64,000 nt of DNA from Cycas panzhihuaensis. Lineage: Eukaryota; Plantae; Cycadophyta. Shown piece after piece: positions 1-13,529 of this stretch. Below the pieces are notes generated by a model that did no database searches, was not told the origin of the DNA, and saw only the letters and a program-made list of their open reading frames with translations. Position 1 is the stretch's first letter, and the number at the start of each line of letters is the position of its first letter. Both the position numbers and the translations under genes were made by a program. The stretch covers positions 164,307,741-164,371,740 of the forward strand of contig CM041465.1 of assembly GCA_023213395.1 (NCBI GenBank), written 5' to 3'.

Positions 1-1307
1 TGCTTGTTGTATGAGTTGGCTCGTTGGGGGCCATCGGAAGCTGGTTAAAGATCTGTTGTAGAGATTTAAGTTAGCAGAGCATATACTAATGGTGATTTAA
101 CAACTTTGATGACAACCACGTCTATGTACAAGTAAGCCCTTTATACTTCTCATCAAAATATCAAAAAAAAATTGATAAGAAAAGGTTGTTTTTTATATAT
201 TGTCTATTTCCAAACCTTCGTGTAGTACCTATGGACGTGATTAAAGCCTGTATTAGTAGTTTTCTATCTAAGTGTTTGATTGAAATTTATAGTAATAGAA
301 GGCTATTTTATTAAATTTTCTAGGTATTTTTCAGAGTATTAGAGACTCATGTGCATAAAGAGAGCCTATAACAGCCATATAAAGGCTATCCAGGTACTTA
401 TTAACATGCCTGTGCATGTTTAAAACCTAGTTGGGCCATGTAGAGGTAGTTTTGGCTCCATTAAGAATTGGCTGGGTATTATTCATATTGATTGAGGGCT
501 ATTCTTATCGATTGGGTGCTATTTGTGTTAGTTGAAGGTATGATTACACTGGTTGGGCACTTCTACATGTGGCTAGGCTCTTCTTAGGGGCTACCGGACT
601 GAAATCAAGCTATTTACCAGTCATACTAGTATGTAATGACCCGTATCTATAGTCGTGGGTCTAAATTAAGGTGTGCGCAAGTCAGTGTTCTCCTTTATAT
701 ATTTACAGCTGTTCTACGTCTCTTTGTCCTTTGCGCAAAGATTTAGAGAGTGGATTTTGATTTATTTGAGCTAAGGTTGACACTTTATAATATATCTTAT
801 GCACTTCAATATCAATTCTCCATGTGGGTTTAATTTGGATGGACGCCCTTCTTCAAAAAGTCGCACTTTTTAGGAATATACCTTTTGGCATATTCCCCTC
901 AATAAAAATATATAAAAAGTGACCTTTATACCATTAATACATAATGTTTTTCATAGTGTGAAGTAATTAAAGCCTCCTTGAGTTGTTTTGAGCATGGATT
1001 GAGGAGTATTTTTTGGTGTTTTGACTTGGAGACTATGCATTTATACCCTATGGAGCCATCCTTTGTACTTGGAGCACCATTTTAAGTGCCTTGAGGGTCA
1101 TTTTTTGACTTTTTAAAGGGTATTTAAAGGTATTTGTTGGCAATTTATGAGAGAAAATAGTCGTTGACTCACTCGATGCATGTGTAGTCAATGTTTGATT
1201 CCCTCTAGAGCATGCCCTTAAGCTAAAGGAGGACACATGGGTGTATTTTTATCCTAAAGACATTCATTTTGGTGTTGTTTAACTCATATTAAAGCTTGTT
1301 TCTTGAG

Positions 1308-4300
1308 ATGGAGTGCATTATGCCTAAGGTTATCTTCAATGGTAACAATTTCAATGAGTGGAAGGCCAATATGGAGCTCATTCTAATGGTGAATTAACTC
1401 TAGGGTATCACTAAGGTGAAGGTGGACACGATTCTACTAGACCATAAAGAGTATGTTTGTTTTGAAGAGAAGAAATTTATAGCCATGGGACTATTGAAAC
1501 TATCACTAGCACTAGACCAAAGAGCTTTGGTTCATAATCTAGATGAACTAGACGAAATTTGGACAAAGTTGTATGAAACCTTTGAAAAGAAGAAGACAAA
1601 TAGACGTCTTGCCCTGATGTTGGAGTTGCTTAATTCACATGTGGAAGATAAGAACAACATCAACTCCTACTTTAATAAAATAACAGACTTGAAGAATAAG
1701 CTAGAAGAACTTAAGCAGAACTTGGTTGATAATGTGTTACTATTCACAATAATCATGTTGAAGCTACTAGCTATGTTTGCCACTTTCTAGACCATTTATG
1801 GTAGAGACAAAGTGATGGAAGCAGAAACATTTCATAGGCTTAAAAACCTAATTCTAGTAGAGGATGTCAAGCTTAAATTTCATGGAATGCTTAGAGGTTT
1901 TGATTCAAATCAGGCCCTAGCCATGAAAACTCAAAGCAAGAAGGTTGTTAAGGAGGAGAAGATCATACAAAGGTCAAGAGAAAGTTCACAAGATAAGAAG
2001 AAGTTCAACGAAAAGTGTAATTAATACAAGAAGGATGGTCACAACAAGAAGAACTATTGGTTCAAGCATCGTGACAAGCGCAAAGTTAACCGGCATGATA
2101 AAGGGAAGAGTGTTGCTGCTCATTGCGTCAGACCACAGACCTTATCAACCAATTCAGATTGGAGAGATTATTGGGTACTTGACTCAAGAGCGTAGAAGCA
2201 TATCTCTTACAGGAGGCAAAACTTTAATACGATGACCAAAAATTAGAGTGGTGCTGAAATTGTCCTTAGAGATGCTTATATCTTACTAGTGGAAGGTATT
2301 GACGAAGTCTCTATTATAAGAGGTAAGTTTACCAGGGTATACTATGTACTCAAGATGTAGTTAAACCTTCTTTCAGCCTGGGAAATCTACAAACAAGGCA
2401 TGAAGGTGGAGCTCTATGATGATAAATGCTTGATTAAAGATCCAAAGTAGAACTTTGCTACTAGAAAATTCAGGGATAACTTTTAGGCATTTGAAATTTA
2501 ACAATTTCAAAAGAAGTCTTATGCCTTTGTTACCAATGCAGATAAAGTGAGTAAATTGTGGCACAATCACCTCAGATATCTTAAATATAGGAGTATTGTA
2601 CTATTGAAGAGGTTGAAAATGGTAGAAAGATTACCGTTGGTTTCCTACTCATATGGTGTTTTTGAAGGGTGTATATATGGTAAGCATCACTGCTACCCTT
2701 TTACTTAGGATAATGCCTAGAGAGCCAAGGAGAAGCTGGAGCTTATGCACTCAGATATAATGGGAACACTCCCTAACCCTTCGATGTATGGAGCTTGGTA
2801 TACCCATCTATTTATAGATGATTATACTAAGAAGGCCTGGGTCTACTTTCTTAAGAATAAGTCAAATGCATTTGATTGCTTCCATGACTAGAAAGTGATA
2901 GTGGAAAATGAATATGATAAGAAGATAAAGTCTTTAAGAAGTGATAATGGCAAAGAATTCGACAACCATGTGTTCAATTAGTTTTGCCACAATTATGGTA
3001 TAAAGTAGAAATTTATGGTCCCATATACCCCATAACAGCATGGAGTTGCTAAAAGAAAAAGTCATACCATGATAGAGATGGCGAGGTGTATGGTACACAC
3101 TAAAAACCTACTATTGAAGTTTTGGGCAGAAGTTATGACAACTGCTATTTATATTTTGAATTGGGTACCCACTCAAGTAGTTCATAGCATGACCCCCGAA
3201 GAGAAATGGACTAGTTAGAAGCTTATCATTAGCTATTTAAGAACCTTTGCGTATATAACATACACCCACATCCTAGATGATACCCACAAAAATCTAGATC
3301 GAAAGAGTATGAAGTGCATATTCATGGGGTATTGCACTGAGAATAAAGCCTACAGACTATGGGATCCATAGGGGAAGAAGATTGTAGTTAGTTGGGATGT
3401 AAAATTTGATGAGTTATTGACGTATCATGCTAAAAAATCATCAAAGGAGCCTTTTTACCCCCTTCTCCCATTTCCATATTCATCAAGCGAAGAGGATGAT
3501 GAGCCAGTCACTGGAACACCTAAGGAAGCAGGACCAACTGGAACGAGTACTAGTAAGGAGTCATCGTGAGATGAAGTACCTCCAACAATAGGTCCTTTAA
3601 TACCTTTATGGGTAAGGGAGACTCTCAAAGATTCTGGTGTGGTGATGCATAACTGGACTGATGATAGAAGAACGAGAAGTCAGCATACCAGTCAAACTCT
3701 GCTGGTAGATACCAACAACTCTAGTGATCCTGATTCGTTTGATGAAGCAAAAGAAGATCCATGTTAGAGAGCTACAGTGGAGGAGAAGTATGGTTCTTTA
3801 ATTAAAAATAATACATGGGATTTGGTTCTACTCCCTTCAATGAAGAACCTTGTTAGATGCAAGTAGGTCTATAAGATAAAGTTCTACTCCGATTGAGAGG
3901 TCGATAAGTACAAGGCTAGAGTTGTTGCATAGAGATTTAAGCAAAAAGAAGGAATTAACTATGAGGAGATGTTTACACTAGTCTCCAGAATGACAATGGT
4001 CTACTTGTTCATTTCCTTAGTAGCTACTTATAGTTGGGAGTTACACCAGATGGACATCAAGTTTGCATTCCTTAATGGAGATTTAAAGGAGGAGATATAT
4101 ATATTATAGCCTCTGGGATTCATTAAGATGGCCACAAGCATCTTGTTTGTTATTTTAAAAAGTCAATCTATGGCCTAAAACAAGCACCTTATGCTTGGTA
4201 CAAAAAGACGGATGCTAAGTTAAAAGATAAAGGTTTCGAGATTTCAGAACTTGATCCAAATATGTATGTGAAAAGAAGAGGGACTTCAATAGTTGCTTGT

Positions 4301-5250
4301 GTGGTATATGTAGATGATTTGATCATCGGCAGTAACTATGGCAAGGCTATTGCTAAAGTTAAATCTAATCTGGAAGCTTCATTTTATATGACAAACCTCA
4401 GGAGACTTCACTACTTCTTGGGCATTCAAATCAGATAGATGGATGATAGGATCATGTTGTTACAATCATAGTATGTGAAGAACTTGCTAGAGAAATTTGG
4501 AATGCAGAATTATAAACAAGTTATAACACCATGTATAAAAGGTACAAAGTTGCAGAAGGATATGGCCAAACCCTATGTAGATGGAACAAAGTATCGCCAA
4601 TTGGTAGGGAGTCTGATCTATTTGACTCATATAGGCCAGATATCACATACGTTGTTGGATTGGTTTCCCGCTATATGCAAAATCCTTAAGAGCCTCATTT
4701 AGTTGTAGTAAAGCAGATTCTGAAGTATTTGAAGGAAACAATCAATCTTGGTCTCGAATATCATCAAGGTGAAGAGATAAGGTTGCATGGCTACACATAT
4801 ACTGATTAGGGAGGAGACTTTAATGATTAGAAATCCATTATTGGGTACCTATTTGGTGTTGGTAATGGATTTATTTCATGGTAGTCAAATAAGCAGTAGA
4901 TAGTGGCACTATCTTCTACAAAGGTAGAATATCAAGGACTTGGTACTGGTACAAAGGAAGCAGTATGGTTGTAAGGTCTCTTGGAGATTTTTGGAGTTTC
5001 AAATGGACATATGACTATCTTTTTTGATAATCAGAGTACCATTCGTTTGTCGAAGAATCTGGAGTTTTATGCGTATACAAAGCATATCGAGATTAAGCAC
5101 CATTATATTCATGAATAGATCAAATCAGGGAAACTAGTCGACTATTGTACAAGTAAATTTTAGCTTGCAGATGTGTTCACTAAGCCACTCACTAAAGATC
5201 AATTCACAAAGATACATACCAAGCTAGGATTCACCAATATTATCCTTAAG
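1308..5250 (+). pseudogene. Copia A gag-pol, many stops and frameshifts
   Basis: ATG 1308 with FNGNNFNEWK (gag N-terminus); WVLDS (~2172, protease); LWHNHL (~2557); FIDDYTKKAWVYFLK (~2811, integrase); HQMDIKFAFLNG (~4044) and YVDDLII (~4308, RT); TKHIEIKHHYI (~5077, RNase H). Confidence 0.92.
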
Positions 5251-5355
5251 GGGGGATGTATCAATAAGGATAAAGAAGCTACAGAATAGTTCCAGCCTTC
5301 GTGATAACATAATTGTTGTAGTTGGCCAGCTCCCCACATTCACATTAAAGGGGGA

Positions 5356-5713
5356 TGTTAACATGGCAGTTAACTATTAAGACACTATATTAATATTAAT
5401 GTGGTTTAACTAAGGTGATTAAGCAAAAATGTGTAACTTATTTGGAGGGTCATAACTCTAATTGGGTGACACCTCTTTGAAGAGTATAAAAGCCTTGAGG
5501 CCTTGTGTATTCAATGTATCAAATCAATTGTGCAATAATCAACGTGATCCATCAAGGATCCTTTAGTGATGGGTTTTTTTCTAAAAGGGTTTTTTCCATG
5601 TAAATCCTATGTATTGTGCATTTATTTTTTGTGTGTACTCTTATTTGCTTGTTGTGTATGGTTAAAGATTCTATGGATAGGAACATTTATGTATGATTTT
5701 ATATTCCTGAACA
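5356..5713 (+). repeat. 3' LTR of copia A
   Basis: Starts TGTTAAC immediately after the PPT, ends CCTGAACA, contains TATAAAA. The partner LTR is not in the window, so the boundaries are unconfirmed. Confidence 0.65.
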
Positions 5714-7860
5714 ATCCCCTTCCTATTTGTATTAAAAACTTGCCTTGTGTAGATTTTATATATGACCTCATGTATGAATAATCTTAGATATTGTGCGTTG
5801 AGGGTTCAATTTAATAGAGATTCTATGGCATGCTTTTATATCGTTCCCATTAGAGTTTATACTTGGAATAGGAAGGAGATTAGGGGATAAGGAGTCAGGG
5901 GGGGGGGGGGGGGGGTATGTAAGTATTATGACATAAAGTTGGGGGTTCTTAGTTATGAGAGAGTTAGATGGGAATGAAAGGGATAGAAAAATAGTTGTTG
6001 GGATTGGCAGCCATAGTAAGAATTTCATATTAGTGATGGGTTTAATAGGATAAATAATGGTAAGACATAGGTTTTGGACAACTTGGAATAGTAGCATTAT
6101 TGTGTAGTTAAATTATTGCTCAAGTATTAAAAAAAAAATATGTACTTAAACTAAAGGTGGAGTATGAATATTTATAAAGAGATAAGGGAATGATAGGTTA
6201 AAATGTAGTTTAGGTGAGGGAGAGGGAGCAAGAGGGCATATAGGAAGTGGAATTTGGAGATACAACCCTATAAATAGATAGAAGGGTGATTGAGGGTACT
6301 GGTATAGGAAGGGACATAAAAACTAAGGTGTAAGGAGTAGGTATGACATGTGAAAGGGATGTGTGGATAATGGTAAGCAAGACGAGAGTGATAAGGGGTA
6401 AAGGTAAGGACTGATTTTGGGAGATATGAGAAAGAATTGTGGGAAGCAAAATTTGGGATGAGGTTGACTAGAGGTGAAAACAATGTGTGTTAAGGATAGG
6501 GTAACATGTATGGAGGGTTTGTTGGGGGATGATGGGTAAGAAACGAGATGAGTGTTAATTGTCTGTGTAAGAGAAAAAAAATATAGGAGATGGGTATTGT
6601 AGGGTAGTTGATAAAAGACATTATAAGCATTTTATAAACATAGGAACTAGTGCAGACTCAACAGTTTGAGAGTGTCGATAGGAACCCTCCACTTCACAAT
6701 TCTATTTGTAACATAGATTCCACAGTATGCAACACTTAATTCCTCTACATATACCAAGATTCACCTACATTGTAAATATTTTATATTAACACTGGCAGTG
6801 GTTAGGTTATATAATATACAAATTTGTAATGACAGATGGGATCATAGAAATCCCACAATTTTAGAATCTAGAATTGCTATAACACCTCTACAAATTACGA
6901 CTAGGATTGTAGGAGAAGGTCTTGGTATTGCTGAATAATATATTTATGGCGCTTAAGGGGATTTAGAAAGTAATTATTGGCAAAGTCATTACTCCCTACG
7001 TTGAGACTAAAAACTGCTTCTGATATGATATTTGTGGCATTCTCCTCTCCAATTACCACGTGTTTTTTTTTTTTTTAACTCTATTTTTATAAAATGGAAG
7101 TTTATACACCCTTGAGTGGAGACCCCTCAACCCCCTTACCTAAGTTATTTGAGGGCGCCTATCAACGCAAAGAGGTACACAGGAAAAGGGTATTACAGTG
7201 TAAGCATGAGAGGGGAATGGGGATGGCATAGGGTTCTAAAGAAATTAGGGAATGACACTTGCATAGAGACTATGGAGGATAAATAGAAAATGAGGATTAG
7301 GTAGAATGACAGGAAATTTATACGGGGATATATCAAGGGGAGAGACATGAGGTAAAATAGAAGTGGAGGGTAATGATAAGGCACATTAGGATTGGAAGTA
7401 GAAGATGGTATGTACATCAAATTAATAAGGGAATGAAGGTCATGATTGAGGGGTGTTGATGAATAACTACAACTCACATGGGTGAGTGTCAAGGATCAAT
7501 GAAAGGGGCGCATAAGGATTATAAATAACAATGTAAGTGATGAAGGATAAACATAATGGGGTATGCAAGCAATTTTACAGAATAGCACACATGAAGAGTA
7601 TCTATAGGATAAATAGGGGATCAATTTTAAGTATTCCTTATAGGACAAGGGTTTCGATGAGGGTCGATGGGAACTATATGTAAGGGAATACATAGGAGGA
7701 AGTCAAATAGATGATAAAAAGAAGTAGACATTGCTTGTAAGACAACTTTATGGGCGGAGAGAAAATGAATAAGGCCTTGTACGTGGGATGTATATTAGTA
7801 GAATTAGGGACTACAAAGAGAAGATGTTTCATAGGTGAATGAAGGACATCCTGATGATAA
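5714..7860. other. Strongly purine-skewed decayed sequence of unassigned origin, with a G18 run at 5898-5915
   Basis: + strand G/A-rich throughout; minus-strand ORFs are P/S/L/I-rich with no motif I recognise. Confidence 0.3.
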
Positions 7861-8131
7861 AAATGATGTAGTAACCACTCAAATCAAAGCCACTAAAACC
7901 AACTTTTTAAGAAAACTAATGATTTAGAAAATTGATGCTTGTAAATAAAGTCATAACTAAAACAATAACGATATGTCATTAAAAAACTGAAAACAAACTA
8001 AAAAATCAAATTAGACCCTCTCATTCAAGGATTTGATCACATGGAACAAGTTATATGACCATGTCATAGCATCACAAAGAACTAGATGGATTTCAAAATA
8101 AATTTCAAAAAAATTTAATATCATGTACCTC

Positions 8132-8152
8132 TATATATATATATATATATAT
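8132..8152. repeat. (TA)n microsatellite next to the LINE 3' end
   Basis: About 10 TA repeats. Confidence 0.9.
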
Positions 8153-8219
8153 GAAGGTAAATAGATATCATTAAATTGAAAAATCAAATGCAATACAATT
8201 TAGGTGGTGTGTTCATTAG

Positions 8220-11200
8220 GTCAAGAAGATCTAATAACCAAATCTTTTACATGTAGAGCACTAAAGATAGTAACATCTATTTGAAGGTGTTTCCTAAGGT
8301 TTTGCTTAAGAGGACTAAAACAAGGATTGTGAAACAACCATAAAAGAATTTCCTTCTTGATGTGATTAAAGGTGTGGTTAAAGAAAGGCACCACTTGTTG
8401 GAAATAAGCCATCATTCAAAATTTTCAGATTTCATACATGATGGTCTTGAGAAGTAGTAGCCAGAGATCTATCTGATGGTAATGAGTAGTAAACTAATTG
8501 TAAGTTATAGACCAACTTTCTTTGATTAATTAAGAGTAAAGAGGCAGGCAACCCTCTCGAATATAGGTGAAGCCTTGATCCAGGACAAAGATTTAGAAAT
8601 AAATGTATCAAATGTCCTCGACTAGAGGATAGTGCCCAAATATGGTTAAAATTATCATTCTAAGCCCTAAAAATTAGGTAAAAGGAATAAAAGTGGATAT
8701 TCCACTTATCCCAAGAGTCCTTAAAGATGAGAGCCTTGTGTAGGATTCTCTAATGAAGCACAATGTGCTTGGGTTGAGTTTGCTTCTACCATATCTAACC
8801 CCATTTGGCTTGGGGTTGAATATGACGATATCTCTAACTATGGATCATATAGTAAAATTCTGTGGCTTCAAAAATTTAACCCCTAAAGAGGAACCTGAGA
8901 CCTTCCTCCCTGTCTAATTCCATGGTGACTTGAAGAGGGTCCACTTGTTGCAAAAAGAAATTGAGTCCATCAACCATCTAAAGAAGAGGAGGTTCATGAT
9001 GAGGCTTAATCTCAGTGACAAGATTAACATAATCCTTCCAACGGATCTAATCAAAATTGTGTAATTAGGCCGCAACATGCCAATTATGAGAGCTTAAGAA
9101 TTAGATGAATGGTGAAAACTCCTCTTGGTTCACTAGTGGAGGGAAACCTAGGGGCAACTATTTGTCGGTCAAAAAGTCAGCTTGAAGACCTATTGAACCA
9201 AAAGAGAACATGGTGTTATAATGGAGATTATCTTAGGTTGCAACCATATGATTCCAAATAATAGAACCTTTGCTTATATGATTAGGATCCGCTAGTTGTT
9301 ATTTAGCAGTGCAGGAGAAGTAGTATTTCCTTCTAATTATGCGAGTCCATTTATCATTTTCTCTGGTCTAGAGATCCCATAATTGCTTAGCAACTTTGAC
9401 CTATACCATAGTAAAAGGATCTTTAAGACTAAGACCACCTCGCCCTTTATGATCTGTCACCATACTCCATTTTACTAGGCAAAGTGGCTTCATTCAGCTA
9501 ACTACAATTTTTAGAGGAATCTTGTAAATAAGCTTTGAATGGCAGTAGAATTGCTTTGGGAATTTGAATGATAGACCTTAGGTAGTTAGGCTTTTGGATC
9601 AAGGTGGATTCTTTTAGACTCCAGTGGCCATCTAAATTTAGAGACTTGATTGGCCAAGAATCTAGCTTGTTCTTGATTTTCTAGATGTAATGATGCCAAT
9701 CTACAATCTCTACTCTAGAGAGGCCTATCAGAATGCCTAAATATTTGAAGATAGTGGTTCTAGGAGTAATTGGAACTCCTAGAAATGTCACCAGAGTATT
9801 TTAAGTTTCTATTGGTTCTACATTGAATATAATACTAGATTTGCTATGATTAATCGCCATCCCTACAGTAAGGTCAAAAAGACTGAGAGCTTGATTCTAG
9901 ACACTGCTTTCTAGATCTAAGTGTTGGCCCAGTAGAATGGTATCATCTGTAAAAAATTGGTGTGTTGTACCCTCTATTTTATTAATTGAGATACCTTGTA
10001 GAAAACTTACAAACTAAAGCCATTTTAATAGGGAAAAGAGGCCATCCATGGCAATAACAAATAAATAGGGGGATAAAGGGAAGCCCTGGTAAATTCATCT
10101 ACTTATATAGATGAGAGAGTTAGTCGATCCATTGACCTTTATGGCCATTGAAATCGAAGAGAGCATGGATTTGATCCAACTAATATGAATTATTTACAAG
10201 GCCTTTCAGAGAAGAATGGCTAGGATAAAGTCCCATCCTACTATGTCATAAGCTTTATTAAGATCTCACTTGAGCAATGTTGCTTACAACCCTTTTGTAT
10301 GTATGGTATGAAGGACCTCTACAATCATAGTAATGCTATCTGTTATGAGTCGACCTTTAATAAATGTTATTTGACTCTCATTAATAATTTGAGGTAGGGA
10401 AGCTTTGAATCGATCGTCTATTACCTTAACTACTATTTTGTACGAGGTGTTGCATAAGTTAATGGGTCTCTAGTGTTGTATGGTGGAAGGAGTGTCATTT
10501 TTTGGAACCAAGGAGACCATGGTTGCATTGATGGCTGGGTGCATCTTCCCAGTCTTGTGTATCTCTTCTACCATATTTGCTAAGAGCTGAGGCACCTCTT
10601 CAAAGCTGATATCCAGTAAGAGCTCAACAGGCATTCCATCTAGACCAAAGGCTTTGCCATGAGGTAGTTTTGTCATAATTTTGTGGATTTCCTCCTTAGT
10701 GATTGACTTGCTAAGAGAATCATTGAGAGTCTTGTGACACTGCTTAGGCATAGGGTTCACTTTCGAGAGGATGATTTAAGCAGCGTGGGCCCTTACAAGA
10801 GAGAAACCTTGAGAAGACCACAGTGTTCCAAAATAAAGAAAATTTTCTCTTTCAATTTTGCGGTGAGAGTACGTGATCTCCGTTGGAGAGACCAAACATT
10901 TGAGGGTTTATTGATGCTGCCTAGCTTTTGTATACTGATTGAAAAATTTTGAGTTTTAATTAGCATAAAATTTTCATTGAATTTTGGACTTAAGGGTCTG
11001 GACCAACTAAGTCCAAACTAAGGGGTCAAATTTTCGAAGCCACAAAAGGGGTCTTCAAAAATTTGACCCCTTAGATAATAAACTAAGTCCAAACTATGAA
11101 AAGCTCATTAGACAATAATTATGAAAAGCCTTAAATGAAACCATCGTTTGCACTCTTTGCCAAACTACTTGATACAAGATTTAAGGCTTTTCGTAATTAT

Positions 11201-12085
11201 TGTCTAACAGGCACCAAGACTATCTATATGGTTTGATCTGTTGTATAGGGCAAACCACCATTATTGGAGAGTATTCCTGAAGTCCTTTAGATTGAGTAAG
11301 CTCACATTAAATTTAAACATTGCCTTCCTTAGTCTAGTTGTATCCTCCTTGGTGGAGAGTTGGATTTTGATATGGATGTCATTGGAGATCACAGTCACAT
11401 TAACCAAGATATATTAGTATCGAGTAATGAGAGGAGTGAGAGATGTTGAGATCTAAGCTCTGTCCAACCTTTCTACTCTAAAGTTGCTTCCATGTCGATT
11501 GTTAGACCAAGTAAAGTTTAGAGGCCCCTTCCAAGGAAGTTCAGAAAGACCAAATCTATCTTTAAGATTGGAAAATGATGAGTTATCTTTTCAAAAAAGC
11601 CCTATGAATTTATTGCATATCTTGTTAGAAGGTGATTCCACAAAATTAAAGTCCCCCAAAAGATGAATGTGATTATGGTCTACCTGATTGTTATTTAGAG
11701 CACTTGCCAAAACTTGCCAGGACTCATGTATGATATGAGCACCAATGGAAGTATAAACCCCGATGACCCAGCAAACAAAGTGCTCCTTTTCCATTTTCAA
11801 GCACAACCAATCATGATATGGGCTTATAATATAGTGAAGCACCTCGCATTGGTTATTCCAAAGAGTAAAAAAGCCTCTAATAAGCCGATTAGGAATCATT
11901 TATTTCCAATGTGTTGAAGGCTAGATGCTGCAGGTGGTGTGCTACATGTCACTTTCAAAGATGATACGAGTTTCTATGAGAACTAGAAAGTGGGGTTTAT
12001 GTTGACATATGATACATTTTAACTTAGTGTTTACGAAAGTGGGGGTGACCAATTCTCCTAATGTTCCAGGCCATTGCTAAGAGGT
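8220..12085 (-). pseudogene. LINE ORF2 (APE endonuclease + reverse transcriptase), disrupted
   Basis: AWNIR (~12070); LLGDFNFV (11591-11899 ORF); KAFGLDGMP...LVPKND (10470-10760); RPINLCNTSYK (~10440-10470); KAYDIVGWDF (~10230-10260); SPYLF (~10060). Confidence 0.88.
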
Positions 12086-12129
12086 TATTTTTGTCCATTG
12101 TGCTAAGATGATGTGGTGCGAGCTAGAGA

Positions 12130-13450
12130 TTTGAGGTGAGTACAATGTGGAGTTTCTTCGCTACTGGGCAAATGATGTTATAGTTGAAGGTCATTCACAT
12201 TGGGGGATCTTCTCCATTGAGTTTCTGAGACATGATCCAAAGATTCTTCTTCCTACATATGCACGTCCACCAAATTACCTCGTTGGTGCCCTGTAGTAGG
12301 TACATTGAAGATTTCAAATGTTTGCCCTTGGATCAGAGCAATAGCTTTCAGTCTTTTTTTTAATTGATCTCTAGAATCATTGAAATCTAGTTGAGGAGGT
12401 TGTGTGCTTGTGAGGTAACCTTTACCTTTGTTTCTTGCTCGATTATTAACGAGTGTCCACCTGTCGTCTTGTCTTGCTTGAGTTGACATCATTTGTTGTT
12501 GTTGGCTCGCTGCTTCCAAATGGGTTTGAGGGATTGCACCATCGATGCTTGGATTATTTGTTGTCAAATACTCCTTTTCCTTATAGACCTTGTTGGTAGT
12601 TGTTTGGGTAGGATGCGTTTGGTCTAGAATAACTTTATCTCTCTAAGGGTCTTAACTAGGCAGAGCTTGAAATAGATGACAAAAGTTTTGCACATGCCCA
12701 ATGTTATGGTAAGATATGCATCTGAAGGGGACTCTTTCATAGTCCAGATTGATTTTGATTGACCCATTGGCAACCTTCATATATAGGTGCTCCTTGAGTG
12801 ATTTAGTCATATCTAGTTTGATGCACACTTTTGACACTCCTCTGGTTGTGTGATTTAAGGTGTTTTGAGTCCAACTTAATCAACTTATTCAACATGGATC
12901 TGATTTTGATAAGACATTCTTGTTCCCTAAATTCGTTGGGCAAAAATGGTAAGCAAACTGAGACTGAGATTTCTAGAGGGCCTAGGTTGCTTGGATCAAA
13001 CATTGGAAACCAACGCTAATCCAAGTTGTGCATGAACCAAGTGCCACTAGATAAGACCTTTTCTAGATCTGACATATTTGAAAAAAAGATATTGAAAAAT
13101 ACTTTTCCTTTGAGTTCAAATATGACCTTGTGTGATAAAATTGGAGTCTATGTAAATTTTGCCCATTCTTCTAGAGACTAAAGGGGGGGGATACAAATTG
13201 CTAAATTTACCGATGGGGGTTTTAGCCTGGAGTTCCATGTAGATGCTTTCAATGTCTTCGACAAAAAAGATGATGGTGTTTCCATCGTGGTCCACTATTC
13301 CTAGCAAAGCGCTTAAGAGTTCTTCATCTGTGATATTGTTCTAGTTTTCATATTGTGGAGCATGGCCCTCAGTGACTGGCACATGTGGATTGAAAATGAA
13401 GAAATCATGAATTTCATTGAAGATGTTATTTTGTTGGTTGATTAATAATC
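12130..13450 (-). pseudogene. LINE ORF1 (DUF4283-type region + CCHC zinc knuckle), disrupted
   Basis: LPFLPNEF...LIKLD (12803-13003) and VCIKLDMTK...LDYERVPFRCISYHNIGHVQNFC (12652-12837), typical of plant L1 ORF1. Confidence 0.85.
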
Positions 13451-13529
13451 CAAATTGTGCATGTTTTTTTTCAGAGACGTTTTTGAAGGGATTCTGAAGC
13501 CCAATTCGATTGGGACCTTAGATCTTATC

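Larger units (their letters stand above)
1..5713 (+). mobile_element. Decayed Ty1/copia LTR retrotransposon A (5' LTR outside the window)
   Basis: Copia domain order gag-PR-IN-RT-RH on + strand, then PPT (AAAGGGGGA 5347-5355) and an LTR-like TGTT...AACA segment. Confidence 0.93.
8160..13500 (-). mobile_element. Decayed L1-clade LINE retrotransposon
   Basis: ORF1 zinc knuckle followed by APE endonuclease and RT on the minus strand; no LTRs. Ends approximate. Confidence 0.9.
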
